Of a DNA stretch of 64,000 nucleotides, positions 34,878-49,800 are shown piece by piece. Positions within the stretch are counted from its first letter, which is position 1; each line of letters opens with the position of its first letter. Both the position numbers and the translations under genes were made by a program. Origin of the DNA: Balanoglossus misakiensis (taxonomy: Eukaryota > Animalia > Hemichordata); NCBI GenBank assembly GCA_040954595.2, contig CM082597.2, positions 7,956,343-8,020,342 of the forward strand, written 5' to 3'. The notes beneath the pieces are model-generated. The model ran no database searches. It was given only the letters and a program-made list of their open reading frames with translations, and had not been told where the DNA came from.

Positions 34878-37800
34878 GGATTCCTTGCATCCCAGACTGC
34901 AAGAATGATGGAATATGTTTCCAAGGATATTGCAACTGTCAGGAGGGCTTTAGTGGAGATGACTGCTCCAAATGTAAATATCACACTTTATGCAAGGTGA
35001 GAAAGTCAATGTAGCAGGAAATGTGTTCATAGAGTTAGAATATGCAAAGAACCTGAGGATTTATGCAAATTATCTTGGCACATGTAACTCTAAAAGGATG
35101 TAGAACAACTATACAAAAACTCTAAAAAGTGTATATTTTTAGATGTAGGGGAATCTGATCGTATACAGTGTACAATGGTCGCATGACATGCGAGCATTTA
35201 TGAAGATCTTTGAAAAATTAGTTTCAAGGGGTAAGGCGTTTGGTTATCGATAGAAAAAAAATGACACCACCTGGATTGTATATCACCATGATCATTATGA
35301 TCATCGCATTCTGTTGTTTGTTTTACTTTGTTTATGTGTTTATTGTCCTTCTCAGGTGTGTGTTTATGTGAAAATGGTATCTGCAATGGTGGAGAATGTG
35401 AATGCTTTGCTGGTTACACGGGTGATTTGTGTGATGAGGGTAAGTTTTGTTTTTGTTGTTGGTGACTTGTGATGTCAACTTACCAGCAGATTTGATAAGT
35501 CCTTTGCAAAGTTTCTGTCCTTCTAGCAAATCAGTGAGGAACTTTTGATCAACGATTAATCATGGTTACCAGCTGATGTGTCATTTACATCGAACATCTT
35601 AGACTCTCTGCACAGTACAGCTGTGCCTGTTGTGTGCATAGTGCACCCTATTACTGTGTAATATGTTATTTTAAATGAAGTACAAGTAGCCGAGGTTGCA
35701 CCAACAAACACAGTGACCACGGGATTGTTATGAATGCTCACGATGTCAACATTTTGTATTTTTTGTTATCTTGAAGCATTGAATGAAATGATTGTATGGG
35801 CCTATGTAAATTGGAGGTGACTGTATACCTTTAAAACGACTGCATAGTCTACAAAAACTTGTTACAAAGGCTTGTTTCAAAAGTCTTGAAAGAAACAGGG
35901 AAACGAAACTGCTTCAAAAGTATAATTTGTATCTTCTGGCTTCATGCAAGTAACTTTGATTTGTGTTGTATTTCAGACATCAATGAATGTGTTATAGAAG
36001 GTTTACAGGTGTGTGAGCAAGAATGCATTAATTCAAGAGGTTCATTTATGTGTCGATGTCTGGATGGCTTCGTGTTGAGGACAATTGGAATAACATGTCA
36101 ACCAATAGAAGGTATTGATGTCATTTGGCGTTTATGTACATGTATGCTTAATATTGCATGGCTATGTTTGGACTCTGTTTGATTCAAATGAAATAAATAG
36201 TCCTTCATAATATAAGGTTATTCATAAAGTACCAGGATTTATGTCCGAGTACATCGTACAGTGCAGTGGAGGTATTGTCTGAGTTACGCAACGTCGAGGA
36301 CAAATACTGAAGCATATTGCTCAGTGGATACAGTCATTTCTACAATGACAATGAAATAACCTTACAATAGGACTATACTCAAAGTCATCATAAAGATTAC
36401 TGGACTATAATGAAAGTTTGAATTGGTTTGTTACAGGGTGTTATTTTCAACCACATGAATTTACATATTCATCTGGTGATACATGGATTCTTGATGAGTG
36501 TATTAATTGTACATGTCAGGTAAGGAACAATTGATGTTACTCATACACATTGTGTATACTGTAAAACACATTATTTTCACGAGCAATAAATTTTCGCGAA
36601 AAACGCGAGAGCCAAAATGGCGTGAAAGTAAAAAGTCGCGTAAATTGTTTTTGAAGATAACGATGCAGTGAATGAAATAAGAGAACACAAAAATTAATAC
36701 TCTGAAAACAGTGGCCTTTCTCGATATCTCGAAGATTTCAACTCGTGAAAATAAAGTGTTTTACAGTATATCATATGCTCACATATTGTGTAGTTGATCT
36801 GAACTGACTTGAGACCAAAGGTTGTATAGGAGAAGAGTCTTACCCTTGTATGAGCGCCTTTCTGCTGTGTTACCAAAGGTTCCACAATGCATCTCAGCTA
36901 TAAAGGTTTTATTATGTATCGTATTAAAAAATATAATGTGCTTTAATATATTATTCATGAAGTTATACATATAAAACTGTGAAATTGTCTTTTATTGATT
37001 TCTGGATCAATTATTTAGACACATTAGACCTGCATCCCATTATGCATTGTTATTCACAATGACTTCATTTGTTCTCCATAATTGTCATGTTGTATTTCAG
37101 AATAATGTTATCACATGTACTCAGTGCCCTGTATTGCCATGCCAATATACAGAACAAATTGTGGGTGAATGCTGTCCACATTGTAAAGGTTAGTAATTGA
37201 AGCCATCAGATACTTCTCCGTGATATACAGCCCTATTGATTTCAGAGGATTGGTCGTATGAAGATAATGATGGTTGCAATTTTGGGCAACTTTCCACTCT
37301 AACGCTAACACTGGCATGTCGGTTAAATCTGGTTTGATTACCAGGGTGCCTAGAATCCTGGCACCCAGACCTGTTAGACTGACAAGTGTGTGTTACTCAG
37401 TAGGGCCTATACAAGACCCTCAGACCAATACAGTGCAAACCAGTGTGATTTGGTACATTTTACAGGGGGCTCAGACGGCCAAGTGTGTTTAAGTACGTTA
37501 GAGAGCCATGCCAAGACAGTCAAAATACCTTTAAGAAGAAAAAGGGCACATATATATTTTAAGGGCCCCTGAAACACTAAACGGGTATGACGCCCAGTAG
37601 TGGTAGGGTTTTAATCAAAATTATAAAGCTCTTGGTAATTATTTCCAAAGAATAATTGATTCCAAACGAATCTTTTTGTGTTATAGGTTGTGTATTCAAC
37701 AATATAGAATATCACCACAATTCTACATGGACCAGTCCTGTTGATAAATGTGAAATCTGTACCTGTAGTGAAGGAATTGTAACTTGTGTCAAACAGATAT

Positions 37801-40800
37801 GTGAACATGAATGCACACATCCATTGCCCAACCCTGGACATTGTTGTCATAGTTGTCAAGGTAACCGCACATGTAGTTAGATCTTTTGTGTCATCAAGTT
37901 TATTGATGAAGCATCCATTTACATAAGGATGATCTGCATCTCAAATCTAGTCAGGATTGGGAGAATGAATTTGTAGTAAAGCAGAAACTCATGCTACCAT
38001 GGAATGATATGTATACTTAAATCCATTTCCAGGTCAGTAAAATTTGAAAGAAAATTACATTCAGCTATTAAAATAACAAAATTTTATCTTTCATATACCC
38101 AGCCTTGTTATTGTTGATGGTTAAATTTAATCCTGACCCTAAGAATTCAGCAATGTCCAAACACAGACAGTTTACAAACAAAATATTGTTTAATTAGGTA
38201 GCAAGAAATGTGCCAACATATATTTAATTGCAATTTTTAATGTAATTTTTTTATTCCAAGACCTCTACCCTGATAATGTTTTTCATTATTTCTTTTCAAC
38301 AGAATGTTTATACAATGGTTATATTTCAAATGACGGTGAAATATTTACTGATCCGAACAACACATGTTCACAATGTCAATGTTTGGTAAGTACCAGACAG
38401 ACTGTATTGGTCAATTTCTGATCACATGAGATACATTTATACTTAATATTGCATTCTGATTGGTCAATTTCTGATCACATGTCACTGTTCCTCTGGTCAG
38501 AAAGAGAATCCCCATGAAGTGATCGAACTGTGTTGAATTCATTACCATTTGGTGACCAGTTCCACAAAGTTCACCATGGCTGCTACCCTGTTCGGCTGTG
38601 CTGTTTTTTTTGGCACAATGTCTAGTATGTCTTGATTTCATGTGGTACTAAATTCATCAATTACGGCTCTAGTCTCATATTTTTATTTTATTTTTGTATC
38701 AAAGGTCTACTATCTGTAACGTTTGGCTTATTATTTTAGTTGACTGACAAGTTATGTTGAAGCATCTCCTTTCATATGATCTGTATTTTTCTCTGTTCCA
38801 GAAAGGCAGTGTGATGTGTTTGGTTCACGACTGTCCTTTGGTGACGTGTGCAAATCCCATTCAGGGACCATGCTGTCCGGTCTGTAAAGGTGACTTAGAA
38901 ATTTTCTCTTGATTAGTCTTTCCGAACTTCCGGGGAAATATTGAGAACCATTTCTTCCTCATTCTCAGTATGTGGATCTTACCATACCATTTAAAGCCTC
39001 TAGAGCTGCCAAATTTCACACATTTTTTTCCACAATAAAATACTTCAAACCTTTTCCCTATCCTTTAAAATCCTCACCATTAAGCCATGTAACTTGTATT
39101 TGCATCAGTATGTCTTCTCTTGGTGACGCATACAACAGTAGCTGCGTACTGTCTGTATGGATGTTCATGTATATGTTTTCGAATCGCTACATACAGCCAC
39201 AATCGGGCATCGATAAAGTGTTCAAACATGGCATTACAACTGTAAAACACTTAATTTATGAGAGTTGAAATTTTTGCAATATCGAGAGAGGCCACTGTTT
39301 CGCGAGTATTAATTTTCACGTTCTCTTATTTCATTAACTGCATCGTTATCTTTAAAAAAATTATGCGACTTTTTATTTTCACACTATTTTGGCGAAAATT
39401 TATTGCTCGCGAAAATAAAGTGTTTTACAGTATGTGATCAATGTACATTGGAGTTCAATTTGGTACTATACAGTATTTCTAACCATTATGTCTATCATTT
39501 GCTGATTATGTTGCAATGTTATCTTTTTTATTGTATATTCCGAGCAAGTTGTTTCTTTGATGGTAATGAATTTCAAAGTGGTGAGACATTTAAACCAGCC
39601 AATCAGAACTGTACAATTTGTTGGTGTTCAGTAAGTACATGTCTATTCACCCTCTCAACCCAGTTCCCCCTATAGAGGTCTGTCTGTCCTTCCATCCATG
39701 CACATGTACATCCACAATGATTTCAGCATCATCTGTGAAGTGATCATTGTGCAACTTGGCATTAGTATAGTACCTTATGAATAGACGCAAAACAAAGAAT
39801 TTATTAATGTTGGCCTTATTGCATTCTTCAATGGCAGTTGTATAGTCATTATGATTTTTACTTCAGTCTGTAGTTCCATCTGATATTAATGTATTTCAGC
39901 CACAGCAGTTGACTTTCAAAATTTAATTGTGTTGTTAGTTCATGCTTTGGAATGCGGGAACTTAAAGAGTAGGTCAATTTTTCTGTCCTTCCGTCCATGC
40001 ATGTGTCTGCAATGATTTCAGCATCATCTGTGAAGTGATCATTGTGCAACTGGGCATAAGTATAGTACCTTATGGAAAGACGCAAAACAAAGAATTATTT
40101 ATGTTGTCCTTATTGCATTAGTAGCAATCTGCAATTGTTTAATTACAGGATAGACAAATAGGATGTGAATCTGTACTGTGTCCAAAACTTCCCTGTGCAA
40201 TCGAGTTTCAGACATTCCTGCCCGGTCAATGCTGCCCGACATGCAACCAACTTCCAAGATGTGTAGATGCTTCCGGAATCAGCTATCCATTTGGACAGAC
40301 GTGGTTTAAGAGGAATGATCCATGCCAGAGCTGTACTTGTCAGGTAAGAACACAGAATGCAGTAGCACAGATCTAACAAGATTTCTGATTGGTCAAATTC
40401 TTCACAGTTCAGTCATTTCTGTGTATTAAACAAAAGGTGCAACTGATTGCTTGATGCAAACCCTTGGAGCAGACTTCACTTTTTTGAGAATGTGTTGGAT
40501 GTCGACTATGTAGATCTGACCTCGTACATACCTCAAACAATTTAAGGTTACTGGTCAGGAGTTTAGTCATATCTATGTCTTGTTTTCTACTACAAAATAC
40601 TGTAAAACATGTTATGTTCGTGAGCAATAAATTTACGCGAAATATGCGAGAGCCAAAATAGCATGAAAATAAAAAGTCGCGTAATTTTTCTAAAGATAAC
40701 GATGCAGTGAATGAAATAAGAGAACGTGACAATTAATACTCGCGAAACAGTGGCCTCTCTCGATATTGCGAAAATTTCAACTCGCGAAAATAAAGTGTTT

Positions 40801-43800
40801 TACAGTAGTCATTTGCAGCAACCATAGAACAAAGTTGGAGAACTTTGTGAAATATAAACTGTACACAACCGTTCTAAGATCTTTGTGATTTTTCCTCTTT
40901 AGATTGATGGTCAGATAACATGTACCACTGTCACATGTACAGAGTCATGTAACAATCCAATTGTCATACAAAATCAATGTTGCCCAGATTGTAATGGTAA
41001 GTCACAAAAGTAAAATTAACCCTTTCATCAAAATACTAGTCCAAGTGTTACTAATGGTGTGCCTGATCCAATTTACATGTTTTGGATGTGTTATGGTGGA
41101 CTTGTTCAGTTGGTTGGACTTACATGTAATTTGCAAGGAAGTTGTTAAATGTCTCAGTCTTAAAGGTGGTTTCATTTAAAGCTTGACGATCATCTTATGC
41201 TCATCTGCTTAATTTTGTGTGTACAAACATTACATCCAATCCAAATGTTCGGCAAATTTTGCAATCAACACTTTCAAATAGTGGACTGCCTTCGCTTCCT
41301 TCCATATTTCATGTGCACTGTTTAAGTAGACTGTGCTTTTGTCCCCCTTTCCCCCCAATTTGCTGTCTTTTCCTCGATCTCCAACACAGACTATGGTTGC
41401 CACCATCTTGTCTGTTGTTAGGACAGCACACTGCCTCATGCCATTGATTGTATACAAATTTTGCCACCAGAGATTCTGGTTTGGCACACATGTACATTTG
41501 TATATCATCGCCATTTAACTTTTCTAGCATCTTACATATGTAGGCAATAGAATATTTCTTGTCATGAATAGCCTTGACCTCCATTCCAAGATGAAGATAT
41601 GTGCTGTCCCTCATGTCAGGGTAAGTCGTTTCAACAAACTTCGAAAGTCTTTGATTTCTTTTGCAATTGGTCAGCTACTACACACATCTATTCATACAAC
41701 ACAGTCCGGACATACTGAAAAACACTTTATTTTCGGGAGTTGAAATTTTCGCAATATCGAGAGAGGCCACTGTTTTGCGAGTATTAATTTTCGTGTTCTC
41801 TTATTTCATTAACACATACAATTTACATACAATTTACAATATGAGCTCTGTTGATATACGGAATGCAACGTAAACAAACCCGCGCATCATTTCAAGTGTT
41901 ACGGGCAATATTTACTGCTTGCATGTACATGTAGCTACAACTGCCCAAACCTTTCTTATATCTTCATTATGTAGTATTCCTTGATGAATGTACGGGAAAA
42001 ACAGGCAATTTTCAATGATGAAAAATGGATAAACATGAGAAATACTTGGGTTTTAATGAATTACAGCTGAGTTGAACGTATATAGTGGATATAGAAAACC
42101 ATGCATGGCTGCTTAGCATTATCTGAAATCTCTTGAAGACATTTACTTGGCAAATGGTTATAAATAACTTCTGTTTTAATAATACTCTCCTTGACTGAAG
42201 TCTGATTGACCAGAATGGTTTTTTTACTCATAATGTGATCACTATGTTATTAATTCTTTGCAGATTGTCTGTATGATGGTCAGTATATACGGAATATGAA
42301 CACAATCAAAGATGGCTGCATAACTTGTCTTTGTACAGTAAGTTAATGAAATAATTTTATCCAGTGATTTAAGCTGCGAAAATTATCTTACTTAAAGTCA
42401 TAGATATTTTCCATTAAGGAAGGACCTGGATTGAATTACGAGTAAAAGGAAAAGTTTCCTAAGGATTGGGTGTTAATCAGTAAAATATTTATGAAGAACT
42501 CACAGTGGAATCTGACTTTGTTATATCACTTTCGTTGCCATGGCACCTTTTAAAACCAATCTGTGTGTCGACAGAAGTGATGTACAAGCGTAGTGCTCAA
42601 ATTGCTCTGTTGGTTGGTCAAAGTTCCCAGGCAGACCTGTCAACAAGGTTTATACACTGCACATATGAATTACTAAAACAAACTTTCTGTAACTTGAGAA
42701 TTCCATAAACAACAAGTGTATCTTTGGCTTACATACAAACCTGAGTATGACATCAGTGAAAGTGTTTCTGACAAAGACATGGATTGGCCAAGCTATGCAT
42801 TGGTCTTTATGTCACGTCTACTTATTTGCAACAGTGACAGAGGACACGATTGCTCAAACAATAAATGAAAGTAAATAATTCCAATGTAATTTGTGATTAA
42901 TTTTCTTTGAATTGTTATATCAACAGAAGGTAAAGTCCCTTCTTAACAAAATAAGTCTGTAATTCCATTTTATAATTTGACAGATCATATGTTACTGTTA
43001 TTGCCCATGACACCCTCACCCTCTGCCCCCTCTCAGTTCCAGCTTGCCTAGTCCACCTCCCCACCCCCATGCACCCATGCTATCTCTTCCACAATAAACT
43101 GATGTCTCTCCATGTCTGCATAGTTTGGGAATGTAACCTGTGGGAACATGGAAATTTGCCCAATACTGGAATGTGACAATCCCATCCTTGTAGAAGATAG
43201 TTGCTGTCCAGTGTGTGAGGAAAGTAAGGCAATATCAGATACAGGATCTTAAAATCAAGTGTTATATTTCAGAATTTTCTTCTGAGATTAAATAATTTTC
43301 TGTTCTTAAAGGGACGAAGTCTCTCTCTCGCTGCCCTTTTCCATGAATTATGTTTGAAACAAGACACCATTTATGTTATTCTACATGTGGATATATTAGT
43401 GAATCAACATTCGACCACACATAACTTCCATCCTGTTTGTAGACGAGAGTGAAAAAAACTTGCCAAAATGAATAATCAGTCTCTACCATTTATTCATATT
43501 GGGCAAGTTTTTACTCTCATATCACACAAGAGGGATGGAAGGTGTGTGTGGTTGAACGTTGGTTCACTATATATTCTACTTGTAGACGAGAGTGAAAAAA
43601 ACTCGCCAAAATGAATAATCGGTGTTTACCATTTATTCATTTTGGCGAGATTTTTATTGTCATATGCTACATATGGGATGGAAGTTTATTTATTTATTAT
43701 TTTTTTATTAATTTTTTATAAATAAATAAAGGTTTATCCATCCACATGTAGAATAACATAAACAGTGTCCTGTGTCAAACATAATTAATGGCAAAAGGGC

Positions 43801-46800
43801 AGCAAGAGATAGACTTTGTCCCTTTAAAGTTATCTTCAAGTTTAACGAAGGAAGAACTAATCCAGACTGAATTTTGACATATGAGGGCGCTTTGCGTAAC
43901 CAATCCATGCAATGGGTTCCACACTGGACGCCTTCAGTGGACTGCATGGGAATGTAACAATTTCCATCTCAACAATGTGCACTTGAACTTTATTGGTAGA
44001 TCCAGTATGTGTGGCAGGGGATGGTACAGAGTATCAACCTGGACAAATTTGGACAGAATTTGACCTGTGTCTGCAATGTACATGTCAGGTATGTCAACTT
44101 ATAGATGATGTCAGAAGTTCAAAGTCAGGTAAAAAAAATATTTCTTTTAGTTTTGCCGCAAACCCCCGGCCAACCCCTTGAAATTTAATTGTTGAATCAT
44201 TCCCATTATTTCATTACTCTGATGCTTCAAATCAAACCAAACCGAGGTTGGGTGACAGTGAAAATAACAATAGTTGTCAAATTAAAAACACATTTATTTC
44301 TGTAACTAAACTTGTCAGTAAATATAATCCACTGTAAAAGTAAACATAAATAAATAAGCTCCTATTTCAGCCAAAGTGCTACAGACGGTCCCAGAAACAG
44401 AGCCATTGTTTTCCTGTTTTCCAGATGATTTGATTTCAGTCGACTTGCCATGACGGCAGCACAATACACGACTACGACATAATATTATTTTAACGACTTT
44501 TAACGAAACCAAAATAGAATTTGATTAAGAACCTGTACATCACCATGTTTTAACTGATACTGTAAAATACTTTATTTTTGCGAGCAATAAATTTTCGCGA
44601 AATACACGAGAGCCAAAATAGCGTGAAAATAAAAAGTCGCATAACATTTTCTTGAAGATAACGATGCAGTGAATGAAATAAGAGTATGTGAAAATTAAAA
44701 CCCGCGAAACAGTGGCCTCTCTCGATATCGTGAAAATTTCAACTCGTGAAAGTAAAGTGTTTTACAGTATGAACCTGATTGTTGTCGTTCCTCTTTCAGC
44801 CTGATTCCAAGATTACCTGTACAGAATTAGAGTGTCCAGTAACATGTGAGCATGGACTGTACACAGCTTCTGATTGCTGTCCAGACTGTAGTCTGTGTGA
44901 ATACAATAATATCTTGTATGCTGATGGTGATCGCTTCAACCCTCTAGGTGATGTGTGTAGATCCTGCCTGTATCTGGTAAGTTCTCATCACTGCACAAAG
45001 TCTCTCTCTCTAGCTGCCCCTTTACATTAATTATGTTTGATACAAGACATTGTTTATGTTATTCTACATGTGGATATATACATGTAGTGAATCAACTTTC
45101 AACCACACACAACTTCCGTCCCGTTTGTAGGATATGAGAGTAAAAACTCGCCCAAAATGGATAAATGGTAGAGACCAATTATTTATTTCGGCCAGTTTTT
45201 CACTCTCGTGTCTACAAACGGGATAGAAATTGTGGGTGGTTGAACGTTGATTCACTATATATCCACATGTACAATAACATAAACGGTGTCTTGTATCAAA
45301 CATAATTAATGGATAAAGGGCTGAGAGAGAGAGACTTTGTCATTTTAATGAAGAATACATCTTGTGTTAAAGCCCTTTTGGCTTTGAGGGTTATAAGCAC
45401 ATGCAGTGTGTTCATGCCAAGACTTAAGGTTTTTTTTCGAGTTACCTACACTGTACGCATAAGCTGTGGAAAAATGCATACAAACTAAAAATCATACGTA
45501 CAGAGACCTTATAACCCAAACAAAAATGTTCCACTATTATACACGTAGGAGAAACATTGTCTAGTCTACATGCATCATGAACATTGGTGCACACATACTT
45601 TCCTTTACTATTAAAAGTATCAATGGTCAGGGTCAGGGTCAATGGTCGTCCATAACTTCTATAATAATAACCCATTAAATAATTTGTATTTACAGGATGG
45701 TACTGTGACTTGTAATTTAACAGTGTGTGAAGCCACAACATGTTCTAATTTTGCATGTGTACCAGGGCAGTGCTGTCCTAAATGTCTAGGTAAGTGGACA
45801 GGTTAGATGAGTCATCACATGCTGTGCTTCCTCCTCTATGAGTCATCACTTGTTGTGATCTCTCCTCAATGTGTCATCACTTGTTGTGATCTTTCCTGTA
45901 TGGGTTATCAATTGCTGAGTAAGTGCTCAGGCTGTGAACAAAGCACACACCAATCAATCGATCGAATTTTACACAATACCAGTATATTGATCAGAAAAAT
46001 GACAAAATATAAAACACAATTTTAATACCGCAAAACAGAAGAATTCTATATAATTTGAACACCCAGATAATGGTATTCCTGTTGGCCATATCATCATGTC
46101 TTCAACCAGAGTGACATAGCACTGTATAAAATGTCTTCTTTGTCTCTTTGTTTAGACTGTCGGGTCATTGATGGCACAACGTATCACCATGGTGACATGT
46201 GGACTCTTCAAGATGATCCCTGTACAACATGTATATGTGATGTAAGTTACTTTGATTGGTGGATTTAAAGGGACAAAGTCTCTCTCTCGCTGCCCCTTTC
46301 CAATTAATTATGTCTGATATAAGACACTGTTTATGTTAATGTACATGTGTATATGTACATGTAGTGAATGAACGTTCAACCACACACAACTTCCATCCCG
46401 CTTGTATGATATGAAAATAAAAACTCGCCCAAAATGAATAAATGGTAGAGACTGATTATTCATTTTGGCGAGATTTTCCCCTCTCGTCTACAAGTGGGAT
46501 GGAAGTAGTGTGTGGTTGAACGTTGATTCCCTATAAATCCACATGTAGAATAACATAAACGGTGTCTTGTATCAAACATAATTAATTAAAAATGGGGAAG
46601 AAGAGAGACTCTGTCCCTTTAATGAATAATATATCTTGTGTTAGAGCACTTTTGGCTTTGATTGTTATAAGCACATGCAGTGTGTTCATGCCAAGACTTT
46701 TCTGTGCAGCAACACAGTGTACAGTGTCACATTCTGCTGTTCTGATGAGCTTTCATGTTTTGTGGATCTTTGCTTCTTGTCATATATCTCAGTAATTAGA

Positions 46801-49800
46801 TTTCTAGATCTGTACTTTTGGCTATTTATATAATCATTTTTAATCTTGTTATCTAACAAGATTATGCTATCTTGTGTAGCTAGTGTACTTTACATACTTC
46901 TCTTGTTTGTAACTTGGACATTTTTGTTTCTTGTGTTGACAGGACCAAGACATCTCCCGTACAACTGTCACATGTCCAGCACCATGTGAGAACCCAGTGC
47001 GAGTACCAAACCAGTGTTGTCAAGCATGTATTGGTTGTGAATTCAGAGGTGTCACTTATAAGGAAAGTGCTATTTTTAAACCAGATGAAGACCAATGTTT
47101 GGAATGCCAGTGTTCGGTAAGATGGACATCTTAATGTGCGAATTCTTGTCTTATTCTCCAATTACAACCAACATGTGTATACAATATTTATAATGACAAC
47201 TTTAATTTGTGTTGTCAAGGAAACAGAGCATTAAACTACAAATGAAACAACAACTAATTTATATTCAACATTATGACAATTTTTGTTCCATTAACCATAG
47301 ACAGAAATTCATCATGAACAAAAAGGATATAAAGATGTAAAATAATTGTATCAGCTTTGAAGAGACAATGAATTTCTTGCGAGCTTTTTACTCTGTGCTA
47401 CGATCAAAGCACTGAAAAAAAACAGGTTAAAATCTCATTCTGGTGTGTTTTCATAAGAATTATTTAAGGATAGCAAAGTGTGTACCACAAGAACAAAAAC
47501 AGTTCAGAAATGCATGGCAGTGATCTTAATTGGGCAGCCAGGCCGTGTATGATACATAAAAAATGCATGGATGTGAGGGCTCTCTTTCGCATGAAGTTAA
47601 ATGGGAACATGATGCCAGTGTATGATAAATAGGTTTTAAGCTACCTAAGTGAGTGGTGAAAATCTCAAATGGTCGACGCAATTCAAGATGGCCGTTTTTT
47701 GCCATGTTTAAACAATGGGAGTTCATAAGCTAAAGTGTGGATGGGTCATTTTGAAACTTTGTAACAGAAAAAATAACAAAATGTGAAAAAAGTTTAATAA
47801 GTTTAATATGGTAACTACAAAGACAGACATGTTTGACCAGAGAAAGTCATGAAATTCAGTAAAAATATCATTTCTTCTATCTCTTACTACAGTGGGTTGT
47901 CGAATTTTGACCCAGAATGCAGTGTGATTTGACCCCCTAGCGCAAAGTGAAAACCTATTTAAGGCGACCAGAATGGTGCACATACACCAGATTGAATCAT
48001 ATAACATGTGATTACAGGAAGGAATATTGCTGTGTCTACCAACACTGAATTGTCCTCCAGAGAGAGTCACAGTAGAAAACTCTGCATGTTGCCCAACATG
48101 TACAGGTCAGTGTTTTTTAAACTCTGTGTAAAAAAAATTCTGACAATATTTACAAAGTTTATACACTTGTTGAAGAGACAGAAATATAAAAATGAAATTT
48201 ATTTCTGAAAGTCCTGCAATATTGTTGATGTTTTTGATATGTCATCTGCATAATCACTCTCAGGAAATGTCAGCTGTTGGCTTCAAAAGTCATAGAAAAC
48301 TAATGAAAAAAATTCAGAAAATTGAATTTTTTTTACTGAAAGCCCTGGAAAACTATTGAAAAAAACTTGCATTTCCTGGAAATGAACCATGAGATGAATG
48401 GTCTGAAAGTTGTACACTCTGATTGGCTTTGAGACTCATGTGACCTCACATCAATCATGCTCACTTGTGAATATGTGTGTCGTATAATGTCTTCTTTATC
48501 CTATATAGGAGAGCCTTTGGAAAGAGTTTGTGAGAGTAATACAACAGGCATTGTATATCATAATGGCACAGAATTTAAACTCAATCCTTGTACATCATGT
48601 ATATGTATGGTAAGTGAATAACCCAGATGCAAGTCTTATATTAACCTTTCATCCCCATTTCCCTGTTTGGAAGTCCAACTTTACCATAGAAAACAATGGA
48701 TTTGGACCAACCATGTTGGCGTAAGGGTTGAAGTTAGATCTCCCTGCAGTTAGACATCCACAAAGCTGTTGCAAAGAAAATAAAGTACTTTGATTTAAAA
48801 AAGTGTCAATCGCAATCAAAAGTGGTGAATTGTAAAAACGGTCCAGCATTCATTGTTCAATTTTTACTGATGTTGATAAATATGTTTTTGTGTGAATTTT
48901 AACAAGTGTATGATCAATTGATAACCATATGAGTTGTTGTCTTATTGTCTGTGTGTGTATTTTCTGTCAGGATGGTCATGTTTCATGTGATGTCAAATTG
49001 TGTCCTGAGTTAGAATGTAACGAAGATAGAATCCTATGTGATGCAGGTGAATGCTGTCCACGCTGTGCAAGTAAGTTTTTTTATGTACATCAACATATGG
49101 TGTTCAATCATGCAATGCATGTCTGTGGTAACTTTTTACAACACAAAAAGTTTCAATACAATTGAGCGTATGTATTCCTTGATACAATTTAATGCTCACA
49201 GTGACAACTGTAAAAGGCCAATGATCGTCTTATGCACATGTGTGTATTTAATTTGTACAAACATTACATCCAATCCAAGTGTTGTGCAAAGTTTGCATTA
49301 AATACATTCAAATAGTGGACTGCCTTCGCTTCCTTCTATATTTCATGTTCACCCAGACTTTAGTTTTGTCCCTTCTTTTCATCCAATTTGCTGTTTTTTC
49401 CCAATCACTCACAGATTATGGTTGTCGCCATCTTGTCTGTTGTCAGGACAGCACACTGCCTTATGGCAATGACTGTATACAATTTATGTAACCAGAGTCT
49501 CTGGTTTGGCACATGCGCATAAGATGATCACTGCCCTTTAAAGCACCTAGCTCGTCTCACACGCATGTTCCAGCTGTAGCCGCTGGTTACAGACATTTAG
49601 TGAACAGTCAATCCCATAAGGCAGTGCTCTGTCCTAACAACAGACAAGATGGCGGCGACCATAAACTATGTCGGAGATCGTGAGAAAACACCAGCTTGGG
49701 TAAAAAGGAGGGACAAAACCAGAATCTACTTATACGGTGCGCATGAAATATGGAAGGAAGCGAAGGCAGTCCAGTGCACTATTTGAATGCATCGAACGGA

